A DNA stretch of 64,000 bases from an uncultured candidate division Zixibacteria bacterium (GTDB taxonomy: Bacteria > Zixibacteria > MSB-5A5 > UBA10806), in the NCBI GenBank assembly GCA_963801605.1, contig CAWDFP010000006.1, positions 544,001-608,000 on the forward strand, written 5' to 3'. A program made the position numbers and the translations under genes. Below are positions 1-11,719 of this stretch, piece after piece (positions within the stretch are counted from its first letter, which is position 1; every line of letters begins with the position of its first letter). Under the pieces are notes generated by a model. That model did not search any database. It worked only from the letters and a program-made list of their open reading frames with translations, and was not told the DNA's origin.

Positions 1-2002
1 CGGTGTAAAAAATATAGATACCTTGTGCATAAATACGTTACGCTTTCTGGCGGTCGATATGGTGGAAAGGGCAAATTCCGGCCACCCGGGTTTGCCGCTT
101 GGGGCTGCATCGATGGCTTATGTATTATATGATAAAATTATGCGGTTCAACCCCAAAAGCCCCAACTGGTTCGATCGTGATCGTTTCATCTTATCGGCCG
201 GCCACGGCAGCGCCATGCTTTATTCTATCCTTTATTTGACGGGCTACGATCTAAGCCTTGATGAACTCAAACGTTTCAGGCAGTGGGAAAGCAAAACGCC
301 GGGTCATCCCGAATTCGGCCTAACTCCGGGAGTTGAGGTCACGACCGGTCCGCTGGGACAGGGCTTTGCCATGGGGGTTGGAATGGCAATAGCGGAACGT
401 TATTTGGCCGCGAAATTTAATCGACCGAACTATGATATTATAAATCATTATATTTTTTCTATCGTATCGGATGGCGATCTCATGGAGGGAGTATCGAGCG
501 AAGCAGCATCCTTGGCCGGCCACCTACAACTTTCCAAGTTAGTTTATTTGTATGATGATAATAATATTTCGATCGATGGCAATACTAAGATCACGTTTAC
601 CGAAGATGTTGGAAAGCGATTTGAAGCATACGATTGGCATGTGGAAAGAGTTGCCGATGCCAATAACGTAGACGAACTTGAACGAGCCATTCAGAGAGCA
701 AAAGGAAACGGCAAGAAGCCATCATTAATTATTGTTAAGAGCCATATCGGTTATGGCAGCCCCAAACAGGACACATCGGCGGCCCACGGTGAACCATTAG
801 GGGCGGACGCCCTTAAAAAGACCAAAGAGAATCTGGGTTGGCCGCAAGACCCAACATTTTATATTCCGGATGATGCTCTTTCGCATGTTCGCGAGGCAAT
901 AGACCGCGGCAAAGAGCATGAGAATCGATGGCAAAAACTGTTCGACGATTACCAAAAAAACTATCCCGATCTGGCGGCTGAGCTTAATAAGGTAATGCGC
1001 AACGAGCTTCCGAATGGTTGGGATGTTGACATACCAACTTTTGCTCCAGCGGCCGGTTCAATGGCAACCCGCGATGCTTGCGGCAAGGTGATGAACGCGA
1101 TTGCCAAGAATTTCGAAATGTTTATAGGCGGCTCAGCCGACTTGGCGGCCTCGACAAAAACCGATCTCAAAGATAAAGGTGATTTTGCGCCAGAGAATCA
1201 CCTCGGTCGGAATATTCGGTTCGGGGTGCGCGAGCATGCCATGGGGAGTATTTCCAACGGGATCAGCCAACACGGAGGGATAATTCCGTTTACCGGCACA
1301 TTTCTGATATTTTCGGATTATATGCGGCCTGCCATACGTCTGGCAGCAATTATGCAGACTCACGTTATTTTCATTTTCAGCCACGACAGTATCGGACTTG
1401 GCGAGGATGGCCCGACTCATCAACCGATTAGCCAGCTTATGAGCCTAAGGGCCATTCCGGGCTTGACGGTAATCAGGCCGGCTGACGCCAATGAAACCTC
1501 GGCCGCCTGGCGATTTGCCCTCAAACATAATGGCCCGGTCGTAATTGCATCATCGAGACAAAAGCTACCAGTGCTCGATACCGCCCTCTACCCTATAAAC
1601 GATGGCCTTTCTCGGGGAGCATATATTGTGGCAGACGCTGAAAATGGGCAGCCCGATATTATATTGATAGCAACCGGTTCTGAGGTACAATTGATTTTGG
1701 GCGCCAGAGAGAAGCTTCGCGAAATTAAAATCAAGGCCCGCGTTGTTTCGATGCCATCGTGGGAACTGTATGATAAACAACCTCAGGAATATCGAAGAAA
1801 CATTTTGATACCCAATGTGCCCAAATTGGCAGTGGAGGCGGCCTCGCCATTGGGTTGGCATAAATATATCGGAGAACGAGGAGATGTTATCGGGTTGGAA
1901 CGCTTCGGAGCATCGGCGCCGGGCGAAACCGTAATGGAAAAACTGGGTTTTAATGTGAATAACGTTGTTGAGCATGCTCAAATCCTGGTTAATGCCAAGT
2001 AG
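1..2002 (+). CDS. tkt: Transketolase (5' end probably just upstream of the window)
   Basis: Motifs [53 protein letters not shown]; the frame is open back to position 2. Confidence 0.97.
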   Translation, partial: GVKNIDTLCINTLRFLAVDMVERANSGHPGLPLGAASMAYVLYDKIMRFNPKSPNWFDRDRFILSAGHGSAMLYSILYLTGYDLSLDELKRFRQWESKTPGHPEFGLTPGVEVTTGPLGQGFAMGVGMAIAERYLAAKFNRPNYDIINHYIFSIVSDGDLMEGVSSEAASLAGHLQLSKLVYLYDDNNISIDGNTKITFTEDVGKRFEAYDWHVERVADANNVDELERAIQRAKGNGKKPSLIIVKSHIGYGSPKQDTSAAHGEPLGADALKKTKENLGWPQDPTFYIPDDALSHVREAIDRGKEHENRWQKLFDDYQKNYPDLAAELNKVMRNELPNGWDVDIPTFAPAAGSMATRDACGKVMNAIAKNFEMFIGGSADLAASTKTDLKDKGDFAPENHLGRNIRFGVREHAMGSISNGISQHGGIIPFTGTFLIFSDYMRPAIRLAAIMQTHVIFIFSHDSIGLGEDGPTHQPISQLMSLRAIPGLTVIRPADANETSAAWRFALKHNGPVVIASSRQKLPVLDTALYPINDGLSRGAYIVADAENGQPDIILIATGSEVQLILGAREKLREIKIKARVVSMPSWELYDKQPQEYRRNILIPNVPKLAVEAASPLGWHKYIGERGDVIGLERFGASAPGETVMEKLGFNVNNVVEHAQILVNAK

Positions 2003-2058
2003 AATATTAAGCCGATTACCGTTAAAAGTAAAAAGGCGAAATTGAATGAGGAGAGAAA

Positions 2059-3738
2059 ATGAGTCTTGTTAAGGGTCCGCAGCGGGATCAGATTTTTAAT
2101 TTGGGGCAGTACCAGGCGGCGGTTGACAAGCGGCTTGATATCTGGGAAAATCAGGAATTTGCCAGTCGATTCTGGGAGAAGGATCCAACGTTGTGGTTTT
2201 CCAAACCGCAACCTGAGATAAAAGATCGCATGGGCTGGCTGGATGTATTTGAGCCGATGCATGAGCATCTAAAAGCGATGCTCAGTTTCGCCGAGCAGGT
2301 TAAGACGGAGGGCATGAGGCATGTGCTGCTTTTAGGCATGGGCGGTTCAAGCCTGGCGCCCGAGGTTTTGCAGAATACATTTGGCAGCGGCGATGGCCAT
2401 CCCAGTCTTCTTCTTTTAGACAGCACCCATCCCGACGCGGTCAGGCAAGTAGAATCGGAGATTGATATTACCAAAACTATCTTCCTGGTATCGAGCAAAT
2501 CTGGAACTACCACTGAGACGATGTCTTTTTTCTATTATTTCTGGAATCGAGTTAGCGAAAAAACACCCACCCCCGGTAATCAGTTTGTGGCAATTACTGA
2601 TCCCGGCACTTCCCTTGCCAAGCTCGCAAAAGACCGCAATTTCAGGCGCACGTTTGAGGGGATGCCAGATGTCGGCGGAAGGTATTCCGCGCTGACCCTA
2701 TTTGGCCTTGTGCCCGGAGCGCTAATCGGAATCGATGTCCATCAAATTTTAGATCGCGGCTGGGATTTAGCTCAAGCCTCGGCGGGATATTTAAGTGAGC
2801 ATGAAAACCCATGCCTGCATCTGGGCGCTGCATTGGGCGAGCTGGCGTTAGCGGGACGAGATAAGCTGACATTTTTTGCGACACCGTCGTTGGCGCCTTT
2901 TCCGGCCTGGATCGAGCAGCTCGTGGCCGAAAGCACCGGGAAAAACGGCAAGGGAATTGTGCCAATTGTCGACGAGATGATAGAAGAGCCGTGGGCATAT
3001 CGCAAGGACCGGTTTTTTGTTCAATACAGCCTAAATTCCGAAATGAGCGCTGAGCTGAACGATAAGATAAAGGCGCTGGAAGCGGCCGGCCATCCAGTGG
3101 TGCAGTTCAGGCTGAACAATAAACCCGATATAGGCCAGGAGATATTCCGCTGGGAGATGGCAGTAGCGTCGGCGGGCGCAATTCTGGGGATTCATCCCTT
3201 TGATCAGCCCGATGTACAGCTTGCCAAAGAATTGGCTCGCCAGGCGATGGATCAGAAAGCCCCCAAGAGCGCCAAACCGGAAAAAAGCGATGTCGAAACG
3301 GTACATGTGGAACACAAGATTCCGCTCACCAAAGCAATCGAAGCCATTTTGGCCGGAGCGCGTCTCGGCGATTATATATCTCTTCAGGCTTACCTGGCTC
3401 CTGATCCTGATACGGAAGCTGCCCTCCAGGAATTTCGATTAGCCTTAAGGGATAGATTGAAATTGGCAACAACGTTTGGCTGGGGACCGCGCTTTTTGCA
3501 TTCCACCGGCCAGCTTCACAAGGGCGGACCAAGCACCGGAGTGTTTATACAAATAGTCAATGAACCTCAAAAAGATCTGGCAGTACCGGAAACAAATTAC
3601 ACTTTCGGAAGCTTAATACAGGCGCAGTCGATAGGCGACTATCGGGCGCTGAAGCAACATGGGCGACGGGTACTACGGATAAATTTGGGGCAAGATACAG
3701 AAAAGGGTTTGATGCTTTTAGGCGAGCTACTCGCATAA
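2059..3738 (+). CDS. pgi: Glucose-6-phosphate isomerase (type resembling the PGI half of Tal/Pgi fusions)
   Basis: GMGGSSL, SSKSGTTTET, DVGGRYS, EQLVAESTGK, GPRFLHSTGQLHKGG; GAGGAG RBS. Confidence 0.9.
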   Translation: MSLVKGPQRDQIFNLGQYQAAVDKRLDIWENQEFASRFWEKDPTLWFSKPQPEIKDRMGWLDVFEPMHEHLKAMLSFAEQVKTEGMRHVLLLGMGGSSLAPEVLQNTFGSGDGHPSLLLLDSTHPDAVRQVESEIDITKTIFLVSSKSGTTTETMSFFYYFWNRVSEKTPTPGNQFVAITDPGTSLAKLAKDRNFRRTFEGMPDVGGRYSALTLFGLVPGALIGIDVHQILDRGWDLAQASAGYLSEHENPCLHLGAALGELALAGRDKLTFFATPSLAPFPAWIEQLVAESTGKNGKGIVPIVDEMIEEPWAYRKDRFFVQYSLNSEMSAELNDKIKALEAAGHPVVQFRLNNKPDIGQEIFRWEMAVASAGAILGIHPFDQPDVQLAKELARQAMDQKAPKSAKPEKSDVETVHVEHKIPLTKAIEAILAGARLGDYISLQAYLAPDPDTEAALQEFRLALRDRLKLATTFGWGPRFLHSTGQLHKGGPSTGVFIQIVNEPQKDLAVPETNYTFGSLIQAQSIGDYRALKQHGRRVLRINLGQDTEKGLMLLGELLA

Positions 3739-3777
3739 ATATAAACCTCAGGATCTTAGCTGAGAGGGAAAACACCT

Positions 3778-4687
3778 ATGGAACTTGGAATGATCGGCTT
3801 GGGTCGCATGGGCGGAAATATGGCCCGTCGGCTTATTTCCGGAGGACATCGGATTGCAGCATATAACCGCACTCCCGATCCGGTGATGAGCTTATCAAAG
3901 AAGGCGGCGTCAAGGCCGATTCGCCGATGGATCTTGTCGGCAAGCTCTCTCAGCCGCGGGCGATCTGGCTCATGATTCCCGCCGGAAAGCCCGTAGATGA
4001 TACAATCGAGCTTCTGCTGCCCAATTTATCCGAGGGCGATATATTGATAGACGGCGGCAACTCCTACTATAAGGATAGCATGCGTCGGGGCGATATTTGG
4101 CAGAAAGGAAGATTAATTTTATCGATGTCGGCACCTCGGGCGGTATCTGGGGTCTTACCGAGGGATACAGCCTTATGATCGGAGGCGCCAAGGAAGCGGT
4201 TGATCGTCTCAATCCGATCTTTAAGACATTAGCGCCGGCATCGGATAAGGGCTGGGGGCATGTCGGACCGAGTGGCGCGGGGCATTTTGTTAAGATGGTG
4301 CATAACGGAATCGAATATGGGATGATGCAGGCTTTGGCCGAGGGCTTCGCGATTCTGGAAGCGAAGAAAGAATTTTCACTCGATCTCCATCAGATATCCG
4401 AGATCTGGCGTTATGGAAGCGTGGTGCGATCCTGGCTATTGGATTTGACGGCGCGTGTTTTTGCCGAAGATCAAAAGCTCGAGGATATTGCGCCATTCGT
4501 GGCCGATTCGGGAGAGGGTCGCTGGACGGCATTCGAGGCAATTGATCTGAATGTTCCTGCTCCGATAATAACGCAATCGCTAATACAGAGGTTACGCTCC
4601 CGGGATGACCGGGATTTCAACGATCGTATTCTGGCTGCCATGCGACACCAGTTTGGCGGGCATGCCATCAAAACGGAGAAAAATTGA
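3778..4687 (+). CDS. gnd: Decarboxylating 6-phosphogluconate dehydrogenase, short GntZ/YqeC type (two apparent frameshifts near 3900 and 4097)
   Basis: GMIGLGRMG, IDGGNS, DVGTSGG and GHFVKMVHNGIEYG are spread over three consecutive frames. Confidence 0.93.
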
Positions 4688-6143
4688 TGGATAATGATAA
4701 AATTGCTCCTCACGTTTTCGTAATTTTCGGGGCTACGGGCGATCTTACTCAGCGAAGCCTTCTGCCGGCTCTTTATAATCTTGCCAAGAGCGGCAAGACT
4801 ATGGGGAAATCGATTATACTGGGAACAGCCAGAACGGCGCTTAACGATAAGGATTTCCGTCAATTAGCGCGAGAGGCTCTATCTAAAGCCAAAATTACAA
4901 TCGATGATACTATGAACCGCTGGATTGAAGATTCTCTTTTCTATCAGTCCATCGGCGAGGAAAAGCATGAGCATTTCTCAATCCTGGCCGATCAAATAAA
5001 GCGTCTTGAAGAAAAATTTAATCTCTCCGGAAATCGGATTTTCTATCTGGCAACGCCCCCCGCAGCTTTTCCCCATACTATTGAAACGCTCGGCGACGTT
5101 GGACTTGCTAAAAGCCATGGCTGGACCAGGATAGTGGTGGAGAAACCGTTTGGACGCGATTTAGAGTCGGCGAAAGCACTCAACAAACTATTGCATCGAT
5201 GGTTTAACGAGCCGCAGATTTACAGGATCGATCATTATCTGGGCAAGGAGACGGTGCAAAATCTTTTGGTTTTTCGATTCGCCAATCCAATCTTCGAGTC
5301 GCTTTGGAATCGCGACCGGATACATTCGGTGCAGATTACGGTGGCGGAGGATATCGGCATCGGGAAAAGGGCCGGCTATTATGATCGAGCCGGGGCGCTT
5401 CGCGACATGGTGCAAAACCATTTAACGCAACTGGTGACTTTAGTGGCAATGGAAGTGCCGGTGGCGTTCGACAGCGATTCAATCAGAGCGGAGAAGGTTA
5501 AGGTGCTCAAATCAATTGCGCCAATAGACAATGAACAGGTAGTTTTGGGGCAATACACGCGGGCAAAATAGGTGGAAAAGAAGCGCCGGGGTATCTTGAA
5601 GAACAGGATGTTAGCCGGGATTCCCGAACCGAAACATTTGTGGCTATGACTCTTGATATCGCCAATTGGCGCTGGCATGGAGTTCCGTTTTACCTACGTA
5701 CCGGAAAAAGGCTTCCCAGCCGTTCGACAAAAATCGTCATAAATTTTAGGCGGGCGCCGGTATCGGTTTTCGATCCTATCGGCCGCTGCGATATGAATTT
5801 CAATTCGCTTAATATGACACTTCAACCGGACGAGGGGTTCGATCTCTGTTTCGAAATGAAAGACTTGGGCGAACCGATGAAGCTTCGCACTCAGAGATTG
5901 CATTTCCGGTACGCCGAGACATTTGGCCCCATCCCCGATGCTTACGAGACTCTGCTTATGGATATCATGGAAGGCGATCAAACGCTTTTTGTAAGCGCGG
6001 ATTGGGTAGAATCATCCTGGGGGCTCTACACTCCGATTCTTGAAAATAAGCTTCCGGTTTATCCTTACGCCGCCGGAACTTGGGGCCCCTCGCAGGCCGA
6101 GGCCCTCATCAAGCGCGAGGGTCATGTATGGGCCAACTTTTAA
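4687..6143 (+). CDS. zwf: Glucose-6-phosphate 1-dehydrogenase (apparent frameshift near 5570)
   Basis: IFGATGDL, EKPFG, RIDHYLGKE, RDMVQNHL, then WRWHGVPFYLRTGK and AYETLL in the next frame. Confidence 0.95.
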
Positions 6144-6871
6144 AAAATCTGCAAATTTATGATTCAATCGAAGCATTAGTAACTGCATTATCAGAAGCCA
6201 TTGCCCGGCGCGTAGAGGAAGTCTTAACAGAAAAAGATCATTTCGATCTGGTTCTCACCGGCGGCAATACGCCACGGCCGTTATTCAAATATTTAACGGA
6301 AAACTATCGCAATAAGATTCCCTGGGGAAAAATCAGGTTTTACTGGAGCGATGAGCGGTACGTGCCGCACAACGATCCGCAGAGCAATTTCGGGATGGCC
6401 AAAGAAACGCTGTTGGATTATGTGCCCATAAATCCAAACAATGTTTTTCCGATGCCGACTACTTTTATCGATCCGGAGGAGGCCAGGAATTCATATGAGC
6501 GGCTCCTAAGATCGCATTTTAATTCCTTAGTACCTCATTTTGATTTGGCGCTTTTGGGTTTGGGCGAGGATTGCCACGTGGCTTCGCTTTTTCCGCGCAC
6601 GATACAATTGAGCGAGACGAAGCACTGGGTGGTAACAAGCATCTCTCCCAAAGAGCCGCTGCAACGGTTAAGCCTGACGTTTCCTGCAATTAACGGATCG
6701 AGGATGATTTATTTTTTGGCAACCGGAGAAGGCAAAGCTGAACCACTGAATAAAGCGCTTTCAAAAGAGCATATAGAGATTCAAGATTGCCCGGCGCGTG
6801 GGGTAAAGCCCACAGATGGCGAGATTGTTTGGTGGGTGGATAGGGCGGCGGGGAACCGGATTGGATCGTAA
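6128..6871 (+). CDS. pgl: 6-phosphogluconolactonase
   Basis: LTGGNTP, WSDERYVP, SN, LLGLGEDCHVASLFP; follows zwf. Confidence 0.93.
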   Translation: MGQLLKNLQIYDSIEALVTALSEAIARRVEEVLTEKDHFDLVLTGGNTPRPLFKYLTENYRNKIPWGKIRFYWSDERYVPHNDPQSNFGMAKETLLDYVPINPNNVFPMPTTFIDPEEARNSYERLLRSHFNSLVPHFDLALLGLGEDCHVASLFPRTIQLSETKHWVVTSISPKEPLQRLSLTFPAINGSRMIYFLATGEGKAEPLNKALSKEHIEIQDCPARGVKPTDGEIVWWVDRAAGNRIGS

Positions 6872-6882
6872 CAAGCATGCTA

Positions 6883-7425
6883 TTATTTCGTTCTTTCAAA
6901 AGGCTTTTTATTATCCTCTAAAATATTTGAGGGCGCCCAGATGACATCATACATCCAGCTCGTGTATAAATATAATCCGGCAAAAAATCCCAATGAAACC
7001 TTATCAGTTGTATGGCTTTTGTTTTTGCGCCAACGGTTGTAATCCCAAACTATAATCGAAGTAGTAATAATTTCTGTTCCAAATAATATCCAAGCAGCCT
7101 TTTTATGGCCGGCATAATAATTCCCCAAGCCATGAACCACAAAACCCGGCCCCAGCGCCAGTCCAAACGCGAGCCAGGGACTTTTCTTTTTATATAAGCC
7201 TTCTGTGGTGAATGTGGAATCACCAGTTGCATTTGGCGAATCGCATATCGGAATATTATCGGCCAATACTAGTGATCTAGGTTGATGTAAAGAGCCGCCA
7301 TCATGGTTTTGGATGATTATTGATTGAGGATCAAATTTGATGGCATAAGTGCTTGAAGCAATAATTAAAAATAAAAAAATGAAGATTACGGCGCTTTTAA
7401 TAATCGGTAAAGGTTTCATTTTCAT
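6883..7425 (-). CDS. Hypothetical exported/membrane protein
   Basis: Signal-peptide-like N-terminus and C-terminal hydrophobic segments (KSPWLAFGLALGPG...GLGNYYAG). Confidence 0.6.
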   Translation of the reverse strand: MKMKPLPIIKSAVIFIFLFLIIASSTYAIKFDPQSIIIQNHDGGSLHQPRSLVLADNIPICDSPNATGDSTFTTEGLYKKKSPWLAFGLALGPGFVVHGLGNYYAGHKKAAWILFGTEIITTSIIVWDYNRWRKNKSHTTDKVSLGFFAGLYLYTSWMYDVIWAPSNILEDNKKPFERTK

Positions 7426-7493
7426 AATTGGCTGGAGCGATAAAAAGATCACTTAAAAATACCAATAATTCCGCCCCAAAACATAGCAATATT

Positions 7494-7976
7494 TTACAGC
7501 ATCATCTCCAGTTCAATTTCGTCGCGGATAGGGATACCGTCGTTGCCGATTTTAGGAATTTCGGGTTTGAGATGACGAGATTTATTGATGGCATCGGGGT
7601 AAACGGCCCGAAGATTAAAGCCGCGTTTCTGATAATAGATTAGAGCCGCAGTATTATCGTTGGTGGTAATCAGCCAGAGCCTGTGGCATTTGAGGCGAAT
7701 CGCGGTTGCCTTAACCGATTCGATCAGGCTTGTGCCAACGCCTGCTTTTTCCAGAATGCTGTCGAGGCTGACCAACTCGCACTCATCACCGCTCAGGCTA
7801 TAGGTGACCAGCCCGACCGGAGTGTCATCGCGGAAAGCTACGAATCCCGGCAAGGTATCAGCCTGATAAACTCGTCCGCGGCTGACTATGCGGGTTGATC
7901 CCCAGCGGTCTCGAAGCAGGTTTGTGGCCCAGGTAATATTTTCCTCAGCTAAACGAGAAATTTCAATGTCGCTCAT
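7494..7976 (-). CDS. GNAT family N-acetyltransferase
   Basis: GVGTSLI, WLITTNDN, YYQKRGF. Confidence 0.9.
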   Translation of the reverse strand: MSDIEISRLAEENITWATNLLRDRWGSTRIVSRGRVYQADTLPGFVAFRDDTPVGLVTYSLSGDECELVSLDSILEKAGVGTSLIESVKATAIRLKCHRLWLITTNDNTAALIYYQKRGFNLRAVYPDAINKSRHLKPEIPKIGNDGIPIRDEIELEMML

Positions 7977-8006
7977 TTTTATTGTCTCTTTGCCCCTTAT
8001 CGGGTC

Positions 8007-8621
8007 TCAGGTTAAAGGTTGGCGTATAACGGTCTTAAGTTTTTCCGGGGCGGTTTTCCGGAAATCGCTTAAATAAATTTCATGATGCTTGCCCCGGATT
8101 TTATAGCCATTACGCAAAATGAAATCGTGCACTTTCGCGACGGTAGGCCCCTCAGCCGAAAACGGCCCGAGATGCATGATCTGAGCAGCTTTTCCCTCGC
8201 GAAAATTTTCATATCTCATTTTAGAAAGAGCCGGTAAATCCTTCTTCTTGGCGGCCGCATCCAGGGCCATCTTAACATATTCGGAGGTTGCGTTCGGCGG
8301 CTGCGCTATCATAGCGGTCCACATCCAGAGATCGCGCCGCTCCATATCGAATCCGCCGTTCTCATTCCACCAAAGACCCTCCAGCGGCATGACCACATAA
8401 TCAGAATCGACTGATTTGGCATTTTTCTTGAGCGCAAATTTGAGGGTATAAGATACGGAATAGAGCGCCTCGATAGCATTTTGAAAATCCCTGGAGGTGT
8501 TGGGATCGCCCCGGCCATCGATCATGAGAAAATTAAAAGCCGGGATATCAACCAGGGCAACTTCCTTTGCGGACGGGGAATACAGCGATTTATATTCTTT
8601 TTTAAGATCGATTTTAGGCAT
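8007..8621 (-). CDS. GyrI-like small-molecule-binding domain protein
   Basis: FLMIDGRGDPN, VMPLEGLWW, HLGPFSAE, HHEIYLSD. Confidence 0.88.
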   Translation of the reverse strand: MPKIDLKKEYKSLYSPSAKEVALVDIPAFNFLMIDGRGDPNTSRDFQNAIEALYSVSYTLKFALKKNAKSVDSDYVVMPLEGLWWNENGGFDMERRDLWMWTAMIAQPPNATSEYVKMALDAAAKKKDLPALSKMRYENFREGKAAQIMHLGPFSAEGPTVAKVHDFILRNGYKIRGKHHEIYLSDFRKTAPEKLKTVIRQPLT

Positions 8622-8724
8622 AATCGTATCCTTTGAATTATGAGGCGAAAAGGTTTATGCGCCGGTCGTTACTGTTGGTGAAAATATATTAGATATTGGG
8701 TGTGAAATGCCAACCCTTTTTAAA

Positions 8725-10059
8725 TTAACCCTGTTTTTCGGCCATCTCCGGCTTTTGCGCTTTTAACGGAATCGGCTGCGTTTTCCGATTCATATTCCGA
8801 GGAAGAATAAGGCGGACAGCGCGTTCGAAGAAAAGATAATCCCAGGCCCAATTAATAAGAACCAGGATACGATTTCTAAAGCCGATCAATTCCGCGAGAT
8901 GGACTATTACCCAAAGTATCCAGGCCGGATATCCGGTGAATGTCCATCGACCAAGCTGGGCAACAGCCTTGTTGCGCCCGATTGTGGCCAGGTTGCCTTT
9001 ATCTCTATAATGAAACGGAAGAGTATCCTTACCGGCAATTTGACGGATAATATTCCTGGCGGCCGCCTGACCCGCCTGCATGGCAACTGGGGCGAGCATG
9101 GGCAGAGGTTTGCCTTCATGGCGAGACTGGGCGAGATCACCTATTATATAGACATGGCCATAGCCCGAGACTTCCAAGCCTGGTTCAACTATAACGGTAT
9201 TATTCTTTGCCAGCGGAAATCCCCATGATTGAGCGATCGGGTGTCCCATGACGCCAGCGGTCCAAATGATTGTTTCGGTTTCAATGGAATTACCGTCCTT
9301 AAAATGCAGTATTCCCCGATCCAAAGCGCTTACCATCGATTGCAAATGAACTTCAACACCCATTGAGCGCAGTCGTTTGAGGGAGTAATTTCGAAGATTC
9401 GCCGGGAAATTTGAAAGTAAGGCACTGGCGGCCTCAACTAAAATTACTCGCGTTTCATGAAGATCAAGTTGACGGAAATCGCGTCTTAAGGGGCCTTTGA
9501 TGAGTTCAATCAGCGCGCCGGCATATTCCACACCGGTCGGGCCGCCTCCTACGATAGCAAAAGTAAGAAGGCTTTTTCGTTTGCGTTCATCCCTTTCATG
9601 AATGGCACGTTCAAAACAGGAGAGGATATGGTTTCTCAGGGCGATTGCCTGTGTCATATCTTTTAGCGGGAAAGAATATTCGGCCGCTCCCGGCACCCCG
9701 AAAAAGTGGGAGACACTTCCAACGGCCAGGATCAGGTAATCATAGGGTATCATTAAACTATCTGCTGTTACAATATGTTTGGCAAGATCGATTCCGGTTA
9801 CCTCGCCCAATAGAAAATGAACATTGCTCCTCTTGCGAAAGATGGTGCGAACGGGGTATGCAATTTCCTCCGGTTCGATTTCGGCAGCCGCCACCTGATA
9901 TAACAGCGGTGAAAAGGTGTGATAGTTTTCGCGATCGATTAAAGTGATGTCAACCGGATGTCGGGCCAAAGCGCGAGCGGCGTAAAGCCCTCCAAAGCCC
10001 GCCCCTATAATTACTACTTTGGGTCTAATTCGCGAAAAGAGCGCATTATTATCTGCCAT
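8725..10059 (-). CDS. ndh: Type II NADH:quinone oxidoreductase
   Basis: IIGAGFGG, PLLYQVA, VGGGPTGVE, IGD, APVAMQ, GNLATIGR. Confidence 0.92.
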   Translation of the reverse strand: MADNNALFSRIRPKVVIIGAGFGGLYAARALARHPVDITLIDRENYHTFSPLLYQVAAAEIEPEEIAYPVRTIFRKRSNVHFLLGEVTGIDLAKHIVTADSLMIPYDYLILAVGSVSHFFGVPGAAEYSFPLKDMTQAIALRNHILSCFERAIHERDERKRKSLLTFAIVGGGPTGVEYAGALIELIKGPLRRDFRQLDLHETRVILVEAASALLSNFPANLRNYSLKRLRSMGVEVHLQSMVSALDRGILHFKDGNSIETETIIWTAGVMGHPIAQSWGFPLAKNNTVIVEPGLEVSGYGHVYIIGDLAQSRHEGKPLPMLAPVAMQAGQAAARNIIRQIAGKDTLPFHYRDKGNLATIGRNKAVAQLGRWTFTGYPAWILWVIVHLAELIGFRNRILVLINWAWDYLFFERAVRLILPRNMNRKTQPIPLKAQKPEMAEKQG

Positions 10060-10221
10060 AATAGTTTCCCCCGACAACGTCTGGCAACCGTAAAAGTCGA
10101 ATATTTCTGTTTCACAACAAAGCTTTTATAGCGCGGGTTCCTGCCGAAAAGCATGATGAAAACCTTCTAAATAGAGAACAATAGAGACGAAGAGATTATA
10201 GGAATTCAGAGGAAAGAGAAT

Positions 10222-10932
10222 TTAACTTTCGCCGAGGTAAGCTTTCCGGACCTGCTCGTTATGGGCGATATCGGATGACGGCCCCTCTAAGATAATATGG
10301 CCGGTTTCGAGAACATATCCGTAATGGGCAATTTTTAGGGCCAGGTGGGCGTTTTGTTCGACAAGCAGAATCGTCATTCCGAGTTCTTTGTTGATCTCGA
10401 CTATGGTGGCAAAAATTGCTTTTACGAGAATAGGCCCGATTCCAAGTGACGGCTCATCCAGAAGCAGCATCTTAGGACGAGCCATCAAGGCCCGTCCGAT
10501 AGCCAGCATCTGTTGTTCGCCGCCGGACAGGGTGCCGCCGGATTGCTTAAGGCGTTCTTTAAGACGAGGAAAAAGTACAAATACGCGCTCAAGATCGGTC
10601 GCAATCTCGCCTTTGTTTGATCGGGGGTAAGCGCCCATTTCAAGATTTTCTTTAACTGTGAGATTGGCAAATATCATCCGGCCTTCGGGGGCGTGTGAAA
10701 TTCCAGCCTTGACCACCTGGTGCGCCTGATGATTGGCAATTTCGGCGCCATTAAAATTTATCGAACCGGAAGAAACACGGATTAAACCTGATACCGCCCG
10801 AAGAAGAGTGCTCTTTCCGGCGCCATTGGCGCCGATCATCGTAACAATCTGGCCGGGCTTGACAGAGAGCGAAATCCCTTTCAGGGCTTCAATAGCCCCG
10901 TATTTTACATGAAGGCTCGATATTTCAAGCAT
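10222..10932 (-). CDS. livF: Branched-chain amino acid ABC transporter ATPase
   Basis: GANGAGKST, LSGGEQQM, LLLDEPSLG, LVEQN. Confidence 0.95.
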   Translation of the reverse strand: MLEISSLHVKYGAIEALKGISLSVKPGQIVTMIGANGAGKSTLLRAVSGLIRVSSGSINFNGAEIANHQAHQVVKAGISHAPEGRMIFANLTVKENLEMGAYPRSNKGEIATDLERVFVLFPRLKERLKQSGGTLSGGEQQMLAIGRALMARPKMLLLDEPSLGIGPILVKAIFATIVEINKELGMTILLVEQNAHLALKIAHYGYVLETGHIILEGPSSDIAHNEQVRKAYLGES

Positions 10933-10936
10933 GGCT

Positions 10937-11719
10937 TTAGCCCGCCGCCTCGTCCTGGACCTGTTCACCCAGATAGGCTTCGATTACTTTGGGATGTTTC
11001 TGGATTTGAGCGGGTGTTCCTTCGGCAATTTTAACACCATAATCCAGCACTTCCAGGCATTCGCAAATGCCCATGACGACTTTCATATCATGTTCGATTA
11101 AGAGAATTGCAATACCATACTTTTCGCGCACTGATTTTATCAAGCTCATCAGGGCAACTTTTTCGGAGGGATTCATGCCGGCCGCGGGCTCATCGAGAAG
11201 GAGAAGTTTTGGCCTGGTAGCCAGCGCTCGTACGATTTCAACCCGTCGTTGAAGGCCGTAGGGAAGCGAAGTCGCCATTTCATCCTTGGCATCAGTTAAA
11301 TTAAAAAACTCCAGAATTTCCATGATATCATGCTCGATCTTAATCTCGTCTTCACGAAAACTTCCGAATCGCGCAATGGCATGAGCAAAGCCGTATTTAA
11401 CATTTTTGTTAAATGCCACTTGTACGGTTTCATAAACGGTAAGGGACGGGAAAAGCCTGATATTCTGAAATGTCCGTGCGATTCCCAGCTTGGCAATCTG
11501 ATGCGCTTTAAGACCAACCAGGTCATGACCATCGAAAACGATTCGTCCTCCCGTGGGGTGATGCACTCCAGTGATCATGTTGAACACCGTGGTTTTACCA
11601 GCGCCGTTTGGGCCGATAAGACCCAAAAGATCGTTTGGTCCCAGGCAAAACGAAAGCTCGCAAACCGCTACAAGGCCGCCAAAATTCATCGTGCAGGATT
11701 CGAGCTTTAGAAGATCCAC
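10937..11719 (-). CDS. livG: Branched-chain amino acid ABC transporter ATPase
   Basis: GPNGAGKTT, RTFQNIRLF, LLLDEPAAG, IEHDM. Confidence 0.95.
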   Translation of the reverse strand: MDLLKLESCTMNFGGLVAVCELSFCLGPNDLLGLIGPNGAGKTTVFNMITGVHHPTGGRIVFDGHDLVGLKAHQIAKLGIARTFQNIRLFPSLTVYETVQVAFNKNVKYGFAHAIARFGSFREDEIKIEHDIMEILEFFNLTDAKDEMATSLPYGLQRRVEIVRALATRPKLLLLDEPAAGMNPSEKVALMSLIKSVREKYGIAILLIEHDMKVVMGICECLEVLDYGVKIAEGTPAQIQKHPKVIEAYLGEQVQDEAAG

